Shown piece by piece: positions 1-10,135 of a stretch of 64,000 nt of DNA. Every line of letters starts with the position of its first letter. Positions within the stretch are counted from its first letter, which is position 1. The notes beneath the pieces are model-generated. The model was not told where the DNA came from. It saw only the letters and a program-made list of their open reading frames with translations, and did not search any database. The translations under genes were made by a program, and so were the position numbers. Origin of the DNA: Escherichia coli 042 (GTDB lineage: Bacteria > Pseudomonadota > Gammaproteobacteria > Enterobacterales > Enterobacteriaceae); NCBI RefSeq assembly GCF_000027125.1, contig NC_017626.1; one strand, 5' to 3'.

Positions 1-126
1 GTTGCCCAGGGCAATGTCCTGCCTGTTCTGTACGGTGAAATGCGCGTGGGGTCACGTGTGGCATCTCAGGAGATCAGCACGGCAGATGAAGGGGATGGTG
101 GTCAGGTTGTGGTAATTGGGCGGTAA
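1..126 (+). CDS. Phage tail assembly protein, C-terminal fragment (lambda gpI-like by position; 5-prime end lies outside window)
   Basis: Open frame 1 runs from window start to TAA at 124-126, directly upstream of the J homolog as in the lambda tail gene order K-I-J. Assignment by position only; sequence not verified. Confidence 0.4.
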   Translation, partial: VAQGNVLPVLYGEMRVGSRVASQEISTADEGDGGQVVVIGR

Positions 127-198
127 TATTATTTACTCATGTTCTAACTGATTTAATATTTATATCGAACACTGATAATTATTCTATTGGTTAGCTAT

Positions 199-537
199 AT
201 GAACAAAACGATTTTATTCTGCACGATTATTGCCTTAACAGGATGTAAATCTTTGGATTACGTAAAATCCGGAAAACCTGTAATGGAAGGTAATTCATTA
301 AAAAATATTGATGAATTGTCAGGCTGCATATCCAGACAATGGGCTGGTAATGGAACACCTATAACATCCCTTCCTATTGAGAATGGGGTAAGCCTTTTAG
401 TTCCACAGGCTATGGGGGGATATGATGTTGTGCTTGATATCAAAAAAGCAGGAAATGGCAGTAGTTTTACTCTTTATGAACGTGTACCAGCATTAACGCC
501 AAAAATTTTTGCTGATAGTGTTAATGCATGTAAATAA
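199..537 (+). CDS. Predicted outer-membrane lipoprotein, prophage moron between tail assembly gene and J
   Basis: ORF track 187..537 begins at TTG; first ATG is at 199 giving MNKTILFCTIIALTGC.. with basic n-region, hydrophobic core and lipobox LTG-C; residue after Cys is Lys (not Asp), so outer-membrane sorting is predicted. Visibly AT-rich compared with flanking tail genes; own terminator downstream. Confidence 0.6.
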   Translation: MNKTILFCTIIALTGCKSLDYVKSGKPVMEGNSLKNIDELSGCISRQWAGNGTPITSLPIENGVSLLVPQAMGGYDVVLDIKKAGNGSSFTLYERVPALTPKIFADSVNACK

Positions 538-560
538 TAGTTAATCCTGCTGTAACTCAT

Positions 561-590
561 GAGCCGCCTTTTGGGCGGCTTTGTTGTTTA
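561..590 (+). terminator. Rho-independent terminator after lipoprotein moron
   Basis: Hairpin agccgcc-tttt-ggcggct followed by ttgttgttt. Confidence 0.5.
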
Positions 591-603
591 TGGAGTGTGA
601 GGA

Positions 604-3600
604 ATGGGTAAAGGAAGCAGTAAGGGGCATACCCCGCGCGAAGCGAAGGACAACCTGAAATCCACGCAATTACTGAGTGTGATCGATGCCATCAGCGAAG
701 GGCCGATTGAAGGTCCGGTGGATGGATTAAAAAGCGTGCTGCTGAACAGTACACCGGTGCTGGACAGTGAGGGGAATACCAACATCTCCGGTGTCACGGT
801 GGTGTTCCGGGCAGGTGAGCAGGAGCAGACACCGCCGGAGGGATTTGAATCCTCCGGTTCCGAGACGGTGCTGGGTACGGAAGTGAAATACGACACGCCG
901 ATCACCCGGACCATCACGTCTGCAAACATCGACCGTCTGCGCTTTACCTTCGGTGTGCAGGCTCTGGTGGAAACCACCTCAAAGGGGGACCGGAATCCGT
1001 CGGAAGTCCGCCTGCTGGTTCAGATACAACGTAACGGTGGCTGGGTGACGGAAAAAGACATCACCATTAAGGGCAAAACCACCTCGCAGTATCTGGCCTC
1101 GGTGGTGGTGGGTAACCTGCCGCCGCGCCCGTTTAATATCCGGATGCGCAGAATGACGCCGGACAGCACCACAGACCAGCTGCAGAACAAAACGCTCTGG
1201 TCGTCATACACCGAAATCATCGATGTGAAACAGTGCTACCCGAACACGGCACTGGTCGGCGTGCAGGTGGATTCGGAGCAGTTCGGCAGCCAGCAGGTGA
1301 GCCGTAATTATCATCTGCGCGGGCGTATTCTGCAGGTGCCGTCGAATTATAACCCGCAGACGCGGCAATACAGCGGTATCTGGGACGGAACGTTTAAACC
1401 GGCATACAGCAACAACATGGCCTGGTGTCTGTGGGATATGCTGACCCATCCGCGCTACGGCATGGGGAAACGTCTTGGTGCGGCGGATGTGGATAAATGG
1501 GCGCTGTATGTCATCGGCCAGAATTGCGACCAGTCGGTGCCGGATGGCTTTGGTGGCACGGAGCCGCGTATTACCTGTAATGCGTACCTGACCACGCAGC
1601 GCAAGGCGTGGGATGTGCTCAGTGATTTCTGCTCGGCGATGCGCTGTATGCCGGTATGGAACGGGCAGACGCTGACGTTTGTGCAGGACCGGCCATCGGA
1701 TAAGGTGTGGACCTATAACCGCAGTAATGTGGTGATGCCGGATGATGGCGCGCCGTTCCGCTACAGCTTCAGCGCCCTGAAAGACCGCCATAATGCCGTT
1801 GAGGTGAACTGGATTGACCCGAACAACGGCTGGGAGACGGCGACAGAGCTTGTGGAGGATACGCAGGCCATTGCCCGTTACGGTCGTAACGTCACGAAGA
1901 TGGATGCTTTTGGCTGTACCAGCCGGGGGCAGGCACACCGCGCCGGGCTGTGGCTGATTAAAACAGAACTGCTGGAAACGCAGACCGTGGACTTCAGCGT
2001 GGGCGCAGAAGGGCTTCGCCATGTGCCGGGCGATGTCATTGAAATCTGTGATGATGACTATGCCGGTATCAGCACCGGCGGGCGCGTGCTGGCGGTAAAC
2101 AGCCAGACCCGGACGCTGACGCTCGACCGTGAAATCACGCTGCCATCCTCCGGCACCACGCTGATAAGCCTGGTTGACGGACAGGGGAATCCGGTCAGCG
2201 TGGAGGTCCAGTCCGTCACCGACGGCGTGAAGGTGAAAGTGAGCCGTGTTCCTGACGGCGTTGCCGAATACAGCGTGTGGGGGCTGAAGCTGCCGACGCT
2301 GCGCCAGCGCCTGTTCCGCTGCGTGAGTATCCGTGAAAACGATGACGGCACGTATGCCATCACCGCCGTGCAGCATGTACCGGAAAAAGAAGCCATCGTG
2401 GATAACGGGGCGCACTTTGACGGCGACCAGAGCGGCACGGTGAATGGTGTCACGCCGCCAGCGGTGCAGCACCTGACTGCCGAAGTCACCGCAGACAGCG
2501 GGGAGTATCAGGTACTGGCCCGCTGGGACACGCCGAAGGTGGTGAAGGGGGTGAGCTTTATGCTTCGCCTGACCGTGGCAGCGGATGACGGCAGTGAGCG
2601 GCTGGTCAGCACGGCCAGGACGACGGAAACCACATACCGCTTCACGCAACTGGCGCTGGGAAACTACAGGCTGACAGTCCGGGCGGCAAATGCCTGGGGG
2701 CAGCAGGGCGATCCGGCATCGGTATCGTTCCGGATTGCCGCACCGGCAGCGCCGTCGCGGATTGAGCTGACGCCGGGCTATTTTCAGATAACCGCCACGC
2801 CGTATCTTGCCGTTTATGATCCGACGGTACAGTTTGAGTTCTGGTTCTCAGAAAAGCGGATTGCGGATATCAGGCAGGTTGAAACCGCAGCCCGCTATCT
2901 TGGCTCGGCGCTGTACTGGATAGCTGCCAGTATCAATATCAAGCCGGGCCATGATTATTATTTTTATATCCGCAGTGTGAATACTGTTGGCAAATCGGCA
3001 TTCGTGGAGGCTGTCGGTCGGGCGAGCGATGATGCGGAAGGTTACCTGGATTTTTTCAAAGGAGAAATCGGGAAAACACATCTGGCCCAGGAGCTGTGGA
3101 CGCAGATTGATAACGGTCAGCTTGCGCCGGACCTGGCTGAAATCAGGACGTCCATTACGAATGTCAGCAATGAAATCACGCAGACCGTCAATAAAAAACT
3201 GGAAAATCAGAGTGCGGCAATCCAGCAGATACAGAAAGTTCAGGTTGATACAAATAATAACCTGAACAGCATGTGGGCCGTGAAACTGCAGCAGATGCAG
3301 GACGGACGCCTTTATATTGCGGGTATCGGTGCCGGTATTGAGAATACGCCAGCAGGAATGCAGAGTCAGGTGCTGCTGGCGGCAGACAGGATTGCGATGA
3401 TTAATCCTGCGAATGGCAACACAAAGCCGATGTTTGTTGGTCAGGGCGATCAGATATTTATGAATGAAGTGTTCCTGAAATATCTGACGGCTCCCACCAT
3501 TACCAGCGGCGGTAATCCTCCGGCATTTTCCCTGACACCGGACGGGCGGCTGACGGCGAAAAATGCCGATATCAGCGGTAACGTGAATGCGAACTCCGGG

Positions 3601-4083
3601 ACGCTCAACAACGTCACGATTAACGAGAACTGTCGGGTTCTGGGAAAATTGTCCGCGAACCAGATTGAAGGCGATCTCGTTAAAACAGTGGGCAAAGCTT
3701 TCCCCCGGGACTCCCGTGCACCGGAGCGGTGGCCATCAGGAACCATTACCGTCAGGGTTTATGACGATCAGCCGTTTGACCGGCAGATTGTTATTCCGGC
3801 GGTGGCATTCAGCGGCGCTAAACATGAGAAAGAGCATACTGATATTTACTCCTCATGCCGTCTGATAGTGCGGAAAAACGGTGCTGAAATTTATAACCGT
3901 ACCGCGCTGGATAATACGCTGATTTACAGTGGTGTTATTGATATGCCTGCCGGTCACGGTCACATGACACTGGAGTTTTCGGTGTCAGCATGGCTGGTAA
4001 ATAACTGGTATCCCACAGCAAGTATCAGCGATTTGCTGGTTGTGGTGATGAAGAAAGCCACTGCAGGCATCACGATTAGCTGA
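604..4083 (+). CDS. J: Host specificity protein J (central tail fibre / tip attachment protein)
   Basis: 1159 aa ORF; N-terminus [38 protein letters not shown] matches my recollection of lambda J; size and position before lom fit. SD-like gagg upstream of ATG. Confidence 0.95.
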   Translation: MGKGSSKGHTPREAKDNLKSTQLLSVIDAISEGPIEGPVDGLKSVLLNSTPVLDSEGNTNISGVTVVFRAGEQEQTPPEGFESSGSETVLGTEVKYDTPITRTITSANIDRLRFTFGVQALVETTSKGDRNPSEVRLLVQIQRNGGWVTEKDITIKGKTTSQYLASVVVGNLPPRPFNIRMRRMTPDSTTDQLQNKTLWSSYTEIIDVKQCYPNTALVGVQVDSEQFGSQQVSRNYHLRGRILQVPSNYNPQTRQYSGIWDGTFKPAYSNNMAWCLWDMLTHPRYGMGKRLGAADVDKWALYVIGQNCDQSVPDGFGGTEPRITCNAYLTTQRKAWDVLSDFCSAMRCMPVWNGQTLTFVQDRPSDKVWTYNRSNVVMPDDGAPFRYSFSALKDRHNAVEVNWIDPNNGWETATELVEDTQAIARYGRNVTKMDAFGCTSRGQAHRAGLWLIKTELLETQTVDFSVGAEGLRHVPGDVIEICDDDYAGISTGGRVLAVNSQTRTLTLDREITLPSSGTTLISLVDGQGNPVSVEVQSVTDGVKVKVSRVPDGVAEYSVWGLKLPTLRQRLFRCVSIRENDDGTYAITAVQHVPEKEAIVDNGAHFDGDQSGTVNGVTPPAVQHLTAEVTADSGEYQVLARWDTPKVVKGVSFMLRLTVAADDGSERLVSTARTTETTYRFTQLALGNYRLTVRAANAWGQQGDPASVSFRIAAPAAPSRIELTPGYFQITATPYLAVYDPTVQFEFWFSEKRIADIRQVETAARYLGSALYWIAASINIKPGHDYYFYIRSVNTVGKSAFVEAVGRASDDAEGYLDFFKGEIGKTHLAQELWTQIDNGQLAPDLAEIRTSITNVSNEITQTVNKKLENQSAAIQQIQKVQVDTNNNLNSMWAVKLQQMQDGRLYIAGIGAGIENTPAGMQSQVLLAADRIAMINPANGNTKPMFVGQGDQIFMNEVFLKYLTAPTITSGGNPPAFSLTPDGRLTAKNADISGNVNANSGTLNNVTINENCRVLGKLSANQIEGDLVKTVGKAFPRDSRAPERWPSGTITVRVYDDQPFDRQIVIPAVAFSGAKHEKEHTDIYSSCRLIVRKNGAEIYNRTALDNTLIYSGVIDMPAGHGHMTLEFSVSAWLVNNWYPTASISDLLVVVMKKATAGITIS

Positions 4084-4100
4084 ATTTTATAACCCAGATA

Positions 4101-4128
4101 CGGGCGCCAGAAATGGCGCCTTTTTTAT
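4101..4128 (+). terminator. Rho-independent terminator after J
   Basis: ggcgcc-agaaat-ggcgcc hairpin followed by tttttt. Confidence 0.5.
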
Positions 4129-4150
4129 TGCAGAAAAGCGAGAGGTAATT

Positions 4151-4750
4151 ATGCGTAAATTATGTGCTGTTATTTTGTCCGCAGTAGTCTGGCAGGTCGC
4201 CGCTGCTACGCCAGCGAGTGCAGCAGAACATCAGTCCACGCTGAGCGCGGGGTATCTCCATGCCTCGACGAACGTTCCCGGTAGTGATGATCTGAACGGG
4301 ATTAACGTGAAATACCGTTATGAGTTTACGGACGCGCTGGGGCTGATTACGTCCTTCAGTTATGCCAATGCTGAGGATGAGCAAAAAACGCGCTACAGCG
4401 ATACCCGCTGGCATGAAGATTCCGTGCGTAACCGCTGGTTCAGCGTGATGGCGGGGCCGTCTGTACGCGTGAATGAATGGTTCAGCGCGTATGCGATGGT
4501 GGGTGTGGCTTACAGCCGTGTGTCGACTTTCTCCGGGGATTATCTCCGCGTAACTGACAACAAGGGGAAAACGCACGATGTGCTGACCGGAAGTGATGAC
4601 GGTCGCCACAGCAACACGTCTCTGGCGTGGGGGGCTGGCGTGCAGTTTAATCCGACCGAATCCGTGACCATTGACCTTGCTTATGAAGGTTCCGGTAGTG
4701 GCGACTGGCGAACGGATGCATTTATTGTTGGTATCGGATACCGTTTCTGA
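4151..4750 (+). CDS. lom: Lom/Ail/PagC-family outer membrane beta-barrel protein
   Basis: 199 aa, signal peptide ending ASA-AE, C-terminal GYRF beta-barrel signature, position immediately after J as in lambda. Confidence 0.9.
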   Translation: MRKLCAVILSAVVWQVAAATPASAAEHQSTLSAGYLHASTNVPGSDDLNGINVKYRYEFTDALGLITSFSYANAEDEQKTRYSDTRWHEDSVRNRWFSVMAGPSVRVNEWFSAYAMVGVAYSRVSTFSGDYLRVTDNKGKTHDVLTGSDDGRHSNTSLAWGAGVQFNPTESVTIDLAYEGSGSGDWRTDAFIVGIGYRF

Positions 4751-4853
4751 CAACAGACGCCGATTTATCTTCTGTAAATATTGTTATGATACGCAGGTTC
4801 ATCCACCTTATGGGGTGAACTGCGTTTGAGGAAACGTAAAGTTACACTGTCCT

Positions 4854-4888
4854 GAAGCCCGTGGCGTCACTGCTGCGGGCTTTTTTTA
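4854..4888 (+). terminator. Rho-independent terminator after lom
   Basis: aagcccg..cgggctt stem followed by ttttttt. Confidence 0.5.
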
Positions 4889-4901
4889 TTGGTGGAAAAG
4901 T

Positions 4902-7900
4902 ATGACAGTAAAAATTTCTGGCGTGCTTAAAGATGGCACAGGAAAACCAGTACAGAACTGCACCATTGTGCTGAAGGCCAGACGAACCAGCAGCACGGTG
5001 GTGGTGAACACGGTGGCCTCTGAAAATCCGGATGAAGCCGGACGTTACAGCATGGATGTTGAGCATGGTCAGTACAGCGTCACCCTGCTGGTTGAAGGTT
5101 TTCCGCCTTCACATGCCGGGACCATTACCGTCTATGAAGGTTCCAGATCAGGTACGCTGAATGATTTTCTCGGTGCCATGACGGAGGATGATGTCCGACC
5201 GGAGGCACTGCGCCGCTTTGAGCAGATGGTGGAAGAGGTGTCACGTAACGCCTCCGCGGTTGCACAGAATACGGCAGCCGCGAAAAAATCAGCCAGCGAT
5301 GCCAGTGCATCAGCCAGCGAGGCGGCAACTCATGCAACCGATGCTGCAGCCTCAGCACGTGCCGCCAGCACGTCAGCCGGACAGGCCGCGTCGTCGGCTC
5401 AGTCAGCGTCTTCCAGCGCAGGAACGGCATCGACAAAGACCCGTGAAGCAGCAAAAAGTGCTGCTGCTGCAGAGTCATCAAAAAGCGCGGCAGCTACCAG
5501 CGCCAGTGCCGCGAAAACGTCAGAAACGAATGCCGCAGCATCACAAAAATCGGCAGCCACTTCTGCATCCACAGCGACCACGAAGGCGTCAGAAGCTGCC
5601 ACCTCGGCACGGGGTGCGGCGGCCTCAAAAGAGGCAGCGAAATCTTCAGAAACGAATGCATCATCAAGTGCCAGTAGTGCAGCTTCCTCGGCAACGGCGG
5701 CAGGAAATTCCGCGAAGGCGGCAAAAACGTCCGAGACGAACGCTAAGTCTTCTGAAACAGCAGCGGGACAGAGCGCCTCAGCTGCGGCAGGTTCAAAAAC
5801 AGCGGCTGCATTATCTGCCAGTGCCGCGTCAACAAGTGCCGGGCAGGCCTCAGCCAGTGCCACCGCCGCCGGAAAATCGGCAGAAAGCGCCGCATCATCC
5901 GCTTCAACAGCCACAACGAAGGCTGGCAAAGCCACTGAGCAAGCCACTGCAGCAGCGAGGTCTGCTTCTGCAGCAAAAACCTCTGAAACAAATGCAAAGA
6001 CTTCAGCAGACAATGCTGCTTCCTCTAAGGCGGCAGCCGCATCGTCAGCCAGTTCAGCGGCGTCATCGGCATCATCTGCGTCTGCTTCAAAAGATGAGGC
6101 GACCAGACAAGCGTCAGCAGCGAAAGGTAGTGCCACGACAGCAACAACGAAAGCATCAGAGGCGGCAGGCAGTGCGACGGCTGCATCTCAGAGCAAAGTT
6201 GCTGCTGAATCCGCGGCAACGCGCGCCGAGACAGCAGCAAAACGGGCAGAGGATATTGCATCCGCCGTGGCGCTGGAGGATGCGAGCACGACGAAAAAGG
6301 GGATAGTACAGCTCAGCAGTGCAACAAACAGCACCAGTGAAAAGCTGGCGGCAACGCCAAAGGCAGTTAAAACTGTTAAAGATAGTTCAGTTCAAAAAAC
6401 TGGCGACACAATGGGAGGGCAGTTAAAAATCAGCACGATAAATGCTCTTCGAATATTCAACCAAGCCTTTGGCCTTATTTTTAGGCGTTCCGAAGATCAT
6501 CTTCATCTTATTCCGACTAATGAAGGGGAGGGGGAAAATGGAGACATCGGTTCATTAAGACCATTCTCTATAAACTTAAGATCAGGGTTGGTGTCCATCG
6601 GTAATGGACTAAAAGTTGGTGGTAGTGTTACTGGTAATTTGACCGGAAACGCAGATACTGCGACCAAGATCAAGACAGCACGTAAGATTGGGGGCGTGGC
6701 ATTTGATGGATCGGCAGATATCAACTTGCCTGGAGTCAACGCTACCGGTAATCAAAACACTACAGGTAATGCTGCGACCGCCACGAAACTTCAGGCAGCC
6801 AGAACGATTAACGGTGTGTCATTTGATGGTAGTGCAAATATCACATTGACCCCTTCAAATATTGGGGCATTGGCATTAACTGGAGGGACTCTTTCAGGTG
6901 GTTTAACTGCTGCTGGTGAGGTTATTTCAAGGTCAGCAAATGGTCTGCGTATTGCCTATGGCAACTATGGATTCTTTATCCGAAATGATGGATCAAACAC
7001 ATATTTTATGTTGACAGATTCGGGTAACAGTCTTGGTACGCACAATAGCTTAAGGCCGTTTATAATTAGTAACCATACTGGCAATGTTACAATTGCAACT
7101 AAATTAAACGCGAGTGGTGGTATCACTGGATCTTTATCGGGTAATGCAAGCACAGCAACCAAATTGCAAACTGCAAGGACAATTAACGGCGTAAAATTTG
7201 ACGGCTCGGCAAATATTGAAGCGTTTCCGCCAGGTGTTCCGCTGCCGTGGCCATCAGATACACCACCTGCAGGTTATGCAATCATGCAGGGGCAGACGTT
7301 TGATAAGGCAGCATATCCGAAACTGGCTATTGCCTATCCTTCAGGTGTTATTCCAGATATGCGCGGCTGGACAATCAAGGGCAAACCCGCCAGTGGCCGG
7401 GCCGTATTGTCTCAGGAACAGGACGGCATTAAATCGCACACCCACAGCGCCAGCGCATCCAGTACGGATTTGGGGACGAAAAACACATCGTCGTTTGATT
7501 ACGGAACCAAATCCACGAATAACACCGGGGCGCATACCCATAGTATTAGCGGGACTGCAAATAGTGCCGGTGCGCACCAACACAAGAGTTCCGGTGCATT
7601 TGGTGGCACGAACACGAGCATTTTCCCTAATGGTTATACCGCGATTTCAAATCTAAGCGCGGGGATTATGAGCACAACAAGCGGTAGTGGCCTGACTCGT
7701 AATGCAGGGAAGACATCATCAGATGGTGCTCATACCCACTCGCTGTCCGGCACTGCTGCAAGCGCAGGCGCACATGCACATACTGTCGGTATTGGTGCTC
7801 ATACGCACTCCGTTGCGATTGGCTCACATGGACACACCATCACCGTTAACGCTGCTGGTAACGCGGAAAACACCGTCAAAAACATCGCATTTAACTATAT

Positions 7901-7916
7901 TGTGAGGCTTGCATAA
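4902..7916 (+). CDS. stf: Side tail fibre protein
   Basis: 1004 aa; N-terminus [22 protein letters not shown] and C-terminus ..[18 protein letters not shown] resemble lambda Stf from memory; long Ala/Ser/Thr-rich low-complexity shaft; three tandem ~38-aa repeats (TGNxxTATKxxTARxIxGVxFDGSAxI) at about 6600-7210; cluster of His-x-His motifs near the C-terminal tip. Confidence 0.92.
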   Translation: MTVKISGVLKDGTGKPVQNCTIVLKARRTSSTVVVNTVASENPDEAGRYSMDVEHGQYSVTLLVEGFPPSHAGTITVYEGSRSGTLNDFLGAMTEDDVRPEALRRFEQMVEEVSRNASAVAQNTAAAKKSASDASASASEAATHATDAAASARAASTSAGQAASSAQSASSSAGTASTKTREAAKSAAAAESSKSAAATSASAAKTSETNAAASQKSAATSASTATTKASEAATSARGAAASKEAAKSSETNASSSASSAASSATAAGNSAKAAKTSETNAKSSETAAGQSASAAAGSKTAAALSASAASTSAGQASASATAAGKSAESAASSASTATTKAGKATEQATAAARSASAAKTSETNAKTSADNAASSKAAAASSASSAASSASSASASKDEATRQASAAKGSATTATTKASEAAGSATAASQSKVAAESAATRAETAAKRAEDIASAVALEDASTTKKGIVQLSSATNSTSEKLAATPKAVKTVKDSSVQKTGDTMGGQLKISTINALRIFNQAFGLIFRRSEDHLHLIPTNEGEGENGDIGSLRPFSINLRSGLVSIGNGLKVGGSVTGNLTGNADTATKIKTARKIGGVAFDGSADINLPGVNATGNQNTTGNAATATKLQAARTINGVSFDGSANITLTPSNIGALALTGGTLSGGLTAAGEVISRSANGLRIAYGNYGFFIRNDGSNTYFMLTDSGNSLGTHNSLRPFIISNHTGNVTIATKLNASGGITGSLSGNASTATKLQTARTINGVKFDGSANIEAFPPGVPLPWPSDTPPAGYAIMQGQTFDKAAYPKLAIAYPSGVIPDMRGWTIKGKPASGRAVLSQEQDGIKSHTHSASASSTDLGTKNTSSFDYGTKSTNNTGAHTHSISGTANSAGAHQHKSSGAFGGTNTSIFPNGYTAISNLSAGIMSTTSGSGLTRNAGKTSSDGAHTHSLSGTAASAGAHAHTVGIGAHTHSVAIGSHGHTITVNAAGNAENTVKNIAFNYIVRLA

Positions 7917-8500
7917 TGGTATTCAGAATGAGTGAACAACCACGGACCATAACAATTTATAATCTGCTGGCCGGAACTAATGAATTTATTGGTGAAGGTG
8001 ATGCATATATTCCGCCTCATACAGGTCTGCCAGCAAACAGTACCGATATTGCACCGCCAGATATTCCGGCAGGCTTCGTGGCTGTTTTCAACAGTGATGA
8101 GGCATCGTGGCATCTCGTTGAAGATCATCGGGGTAAAACGGTTTATGACGTGGCTTCCGGCGACGCGTTATTTATTTCTGAACTCGGTCCGTTACCGGAA
8201 AATGTTACCTGGTTATCGCCGGAAGGGGAGTTTCAGAAGTGGAACGGCACAGCCTGGGTGAAGGATACGGAAGCAGAAAAACTGTTCCGGATCCGGGAGG
8301 CGGAAGAAACAAAAAACAACCTGATGCAGGTAGCCAGTGAGCATATTGCGCCGCTTCAGGATGCTGCAGATCTGGAAATTGCAACGGAGGAAGAAACCTC
8401 ATTGCTGGAAGCCTGGAAAAAGTATCGGGTGTTGCTGAACCGTGTTGATACATCAACTGCACCTGATATTGAGTGGCCTACGAACCCTGTCAGGGAGTAA
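7916..8500 (+). CDS. tfa: Tail fibre assembly protein (chaperone)
   Basis: 194 aa, start overlaps stf stop; sequence [54 protein letters not shown] matches recalled lambda Tfa almost residue for residue. Confidence 0.93.
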   Translation: MVFRMSEQPRTITIYNLLAGTNEFIGEGDAYIPPHTGLPANSTDIAPPDIPAGFVAVFNSDEASWHLVEDHRGKTVYDVASGDALFISELGPLPENVTWLSPEGEFQKWNGTAWVKDTEAEKLFRIREAEETKNNLMQVASEHIAPLQDAADLEIATEEETSLLEAWKKYRVLLNRVDTSTAPDIEWPTNPVRE

Positions 8501-8550
8501 TCATTGGGATTATGCCGCAGCACGTCTTAAGCAAGAACGTGCTGCGGTTG
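8340..8550 (+). repeat. Direct repeat copy A (tfa 3-prime end plus downstream hairpin)
   Basis: About 210 bp, roughly 90 percent identical by eye to 9390..9600, including the post-stop sequence taatcattgggattatgccgcag. Confidence 0.8.
8513..8548. terminator. Hairpin between convergent tfa and methyltransferase genes (candidate bidirectional terminator)
   Basis: gccgcagcacgt / acgtgctgcgg arms (about 11-12 bp) around an 11-nt loop; T-run follows on the plus strand. Confidence 0.45.
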
Positions 8551-8554
8551 GATG

Positions 8555-9223
8555 CTATTTTTTCCCTGAAGCGGAAAACATTACTACAGTACCTTGAACC
8601 TTGGTTTTAACATTCTCGAAATGCTCTGAGAGTATATGTGTTAAGCCTTCTTCGGAATCTTTTGTGTTTGAAAAGATGCCTTTCTGATTGTAAATGCGCA
8701 TCAGTTTTTGACCGAAGCTATTGTGCACAACTCCATCGCCAAGAATTGTGGCTCCGTATAGAGTTCCATCGTCAGTTAAGGCCTGCGCCGCATTGCGTAT
8801 TACACAGCTTTTTGTAGATATATTTCCAGGCAGGCAGTGAAGAAGGTAAAACATGGAAATGGAATCAAATTGACCATGTAACGCCGCGGGATAAGGTTCA
8901 AAAACATCATGGCTAATTTTATGTTTAATTTTTGATTCCCCAGCCCTTGTAGATGCCGCGTTCAGGCTAGCTTCGTTCAAATCCATTAAAGATATCAGAC
9001 TACTCTCAGGTACGTGAGTAAGGTAAAACCCAGTTCCAACACCAATATCCAGATGGTTGTTACCTAAATGTTCCAGAAAGTGTGGAAGAAGGTGTTCCTT
9101 TGTAGGACATCCCCATGCAAGCCGATTTGATACTCCCAAAACCCACCAGTCATAAAGCTTTAGGGTAAGTGGTGTGTAAATTTTAGCCCCATCATCTGTG
9201 TTTTTTTTCATTAATTTCACCAT
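8555..9223 (-). CDS. Class I SAM-dependent methyltransferase (putative), prophage cargo gene
   Basis: 222 aa ORF. Motif I LDIGVGTG, acidic post-I ISLMDLN, motif II FDSISMFYLLHCLP, motif III LTDDGTLYGATIL in canonical order. Visibly AT-rich versus neighbours. Likely true start is the second Met (MKKNTDDG, about 9211) which has a GGTGA SD-like sequence upstream. Substrate unknown. Confidence 0.65.
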   Translation of the reverse strand: MVKLMKKNTDDGAKIYTPLTLKLYDWWVLGVSNRLAWGCPTKEHLLPHFLEHLGNNHLDIGVGTGFYLTHVPESSLISLMDLNEASLNAASTRAGESKIKHKISHDVFEPYPAALHGQFDSISMFYLLHCLPGNISTKSCVIRNAAQALTDDGTLYGATILGDGVVHNSFGQKLMRIYNQKGIFSNTKDSEEGLTHILSEHFENVKTKVQGTVVMFSASGKK

Positions 9224-9279
9224 GTTATAGTTTTATTTGTGAATTAAATCAATTATGGCGATGAATTACAAGGGGTTAA

Positions 9280-9549
9280 ATGCTGCCGCAGCATAGCGAT
9301 ATTGAAATAGCCTGGTATGCTTCGATACAGCAGGAGCCGAATGGCTGGAAGACCGTCACCACACAGTTCTACATCCAGGAATTCAGTGAGTATATTGCGC
9401 CACTGCAGGATGCTGTAGATCTGGAAATCGCAACGGAGGAAGAAAGATCGTTGCTGGAGGCATGGAATAAATATCGGGTATTGTTGAATCGTGTTGATAC
9501 ATCAACTGCACCTGATATTGAGTGGCCTGCAAATCCTGTCAGGGAGTAA
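9280..9549 (+). CDS. Truncated or divergent tail fibre assembly protein homolog (tfa-prime, 89 aa)
   Basis: C-terminal 52 aa nearly identical to Tfa ([51 protein letters not shown]); N-terminus unrelated and short; good SD aagggg 5 nt before ATG. Could be a functional mini-chaperone or a remnant. Confidence 0.5.
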   Translation: MLPQHSDIEIAWYASIQQEPNGWKTVTTQFYIQEFSEYIAPLQDAVDLEIATEEERSLLEAWNKYRVLLNRVDTSTAPDIEWPANPVRE

Positions 9550-9600
9550 TCATTGGGATTATGCCGCAGACACGTCGTATGCAGGAACGTGCTGCGGTTA
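9390..9600 (+). repeat. Direct repeat copy B (tfa-prime 3-prime end plus downstream hairpin)
   Basis: Partner of 8340..8550; hairpin arms are degenerate in this copy. Confidence 0.8.
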
Positions 9601-10135
9601 GTTTGTGAGCTTTCGATAGTGGTTGTTATTTTTGCCCTTATTTGTTCCGGAGGCCATGGTTCAATGGTCCGTCTGCCCCCTGTGGTGATGTCAGCAAAAT
9701 CAGCCACTGCGCGAACCACAATAGCCCGGGAAGATGCTGAAGATCACCAGGTAAAGCTGTCAGCGCAGAAACTGGAAGAACTGCTCGCATCAATGGTTAA
9801 GGATGAGGTTGATCGCAATGATGGGATTTATTGACGTCAGCGAGAGCAGAAGGAAGAACTGAATAACCTGAATGATTTACGCTCAATCAGAGCGATGATG
9901 ATTGGCAGTAATTAGCGGTCAATTTCGGTTTTTTTGGCTGTGCGCTCCCCGCCCAGCATTGCGCGTCAATTAGCCCCAAAAAAACGAAAAAGTTACAATC
10001 AAGTAAAAAATTCCTTCTGCAAAACTAAAAAAGATTTCAATAAAATCAGACAGTTAAAAGCATAAAAAAAGGTACAAAAAAAACATCTCAAAGTCTTGTT
10101 TTTTGCTTCAAATACAATTGGTTATTGTGTTTTTT

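Noticed and set aside
1204-2649. 481-aa ORF antisense to J
   Set aside because: Long open frame typical of GC-rich coding DNA read in reverse; Arg/His/Pro-rich, not protein-like; J is firmly assigned.
4160-4753. 197-aa ORF antisense to lom
   Set aside because: Fully overlaps the well-supported lom gene on the opposite strand; non-protein-like composition.
5399-6136. 245-aa Ala/Asp-rich ORF antisense to stf
   Set aside because: Reverse-frame artefact of the same low-complexity region; no independent start signals.
5188-6306. 372-aa Arg/Gln/Pro-rich ORF on the plus strand inside stf
   Set aside because: Alternative frame of the Ala/Ser-rich low-complexity shaft; a compositional artefact fully nested in stf.
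7916-9600. Possible invertible tail-fibre segment (Mu G / e14 P-type shufflon)
   Set aside because: The two tfa-related copies are direct, not inverted, and no invertase (pin/gin/cin) gene is present in the window.
9369-9719. 116-aa ORF antisense to tfa-prime
   Set aside because: Overlaps the conserved Tfa C-terminal coding repeat; composition not protein-like.
9553-9834. 93-aa ORF from the six-frame track
   Set aside because: N-terminal half runs through the hairpin repeat and is Cys/Arg/Val-rich; only the distal part (9688 onward) looks plausibly coding and is reported separately as a low-confidence finding.
9835-10135. tRNA or small RNA at the prophage attachment junction
   Set aside because: No cloverleaf-compatible sequence or conserved tRNA boxes; the integration target is the ompW coding region, not a tRNA gene.
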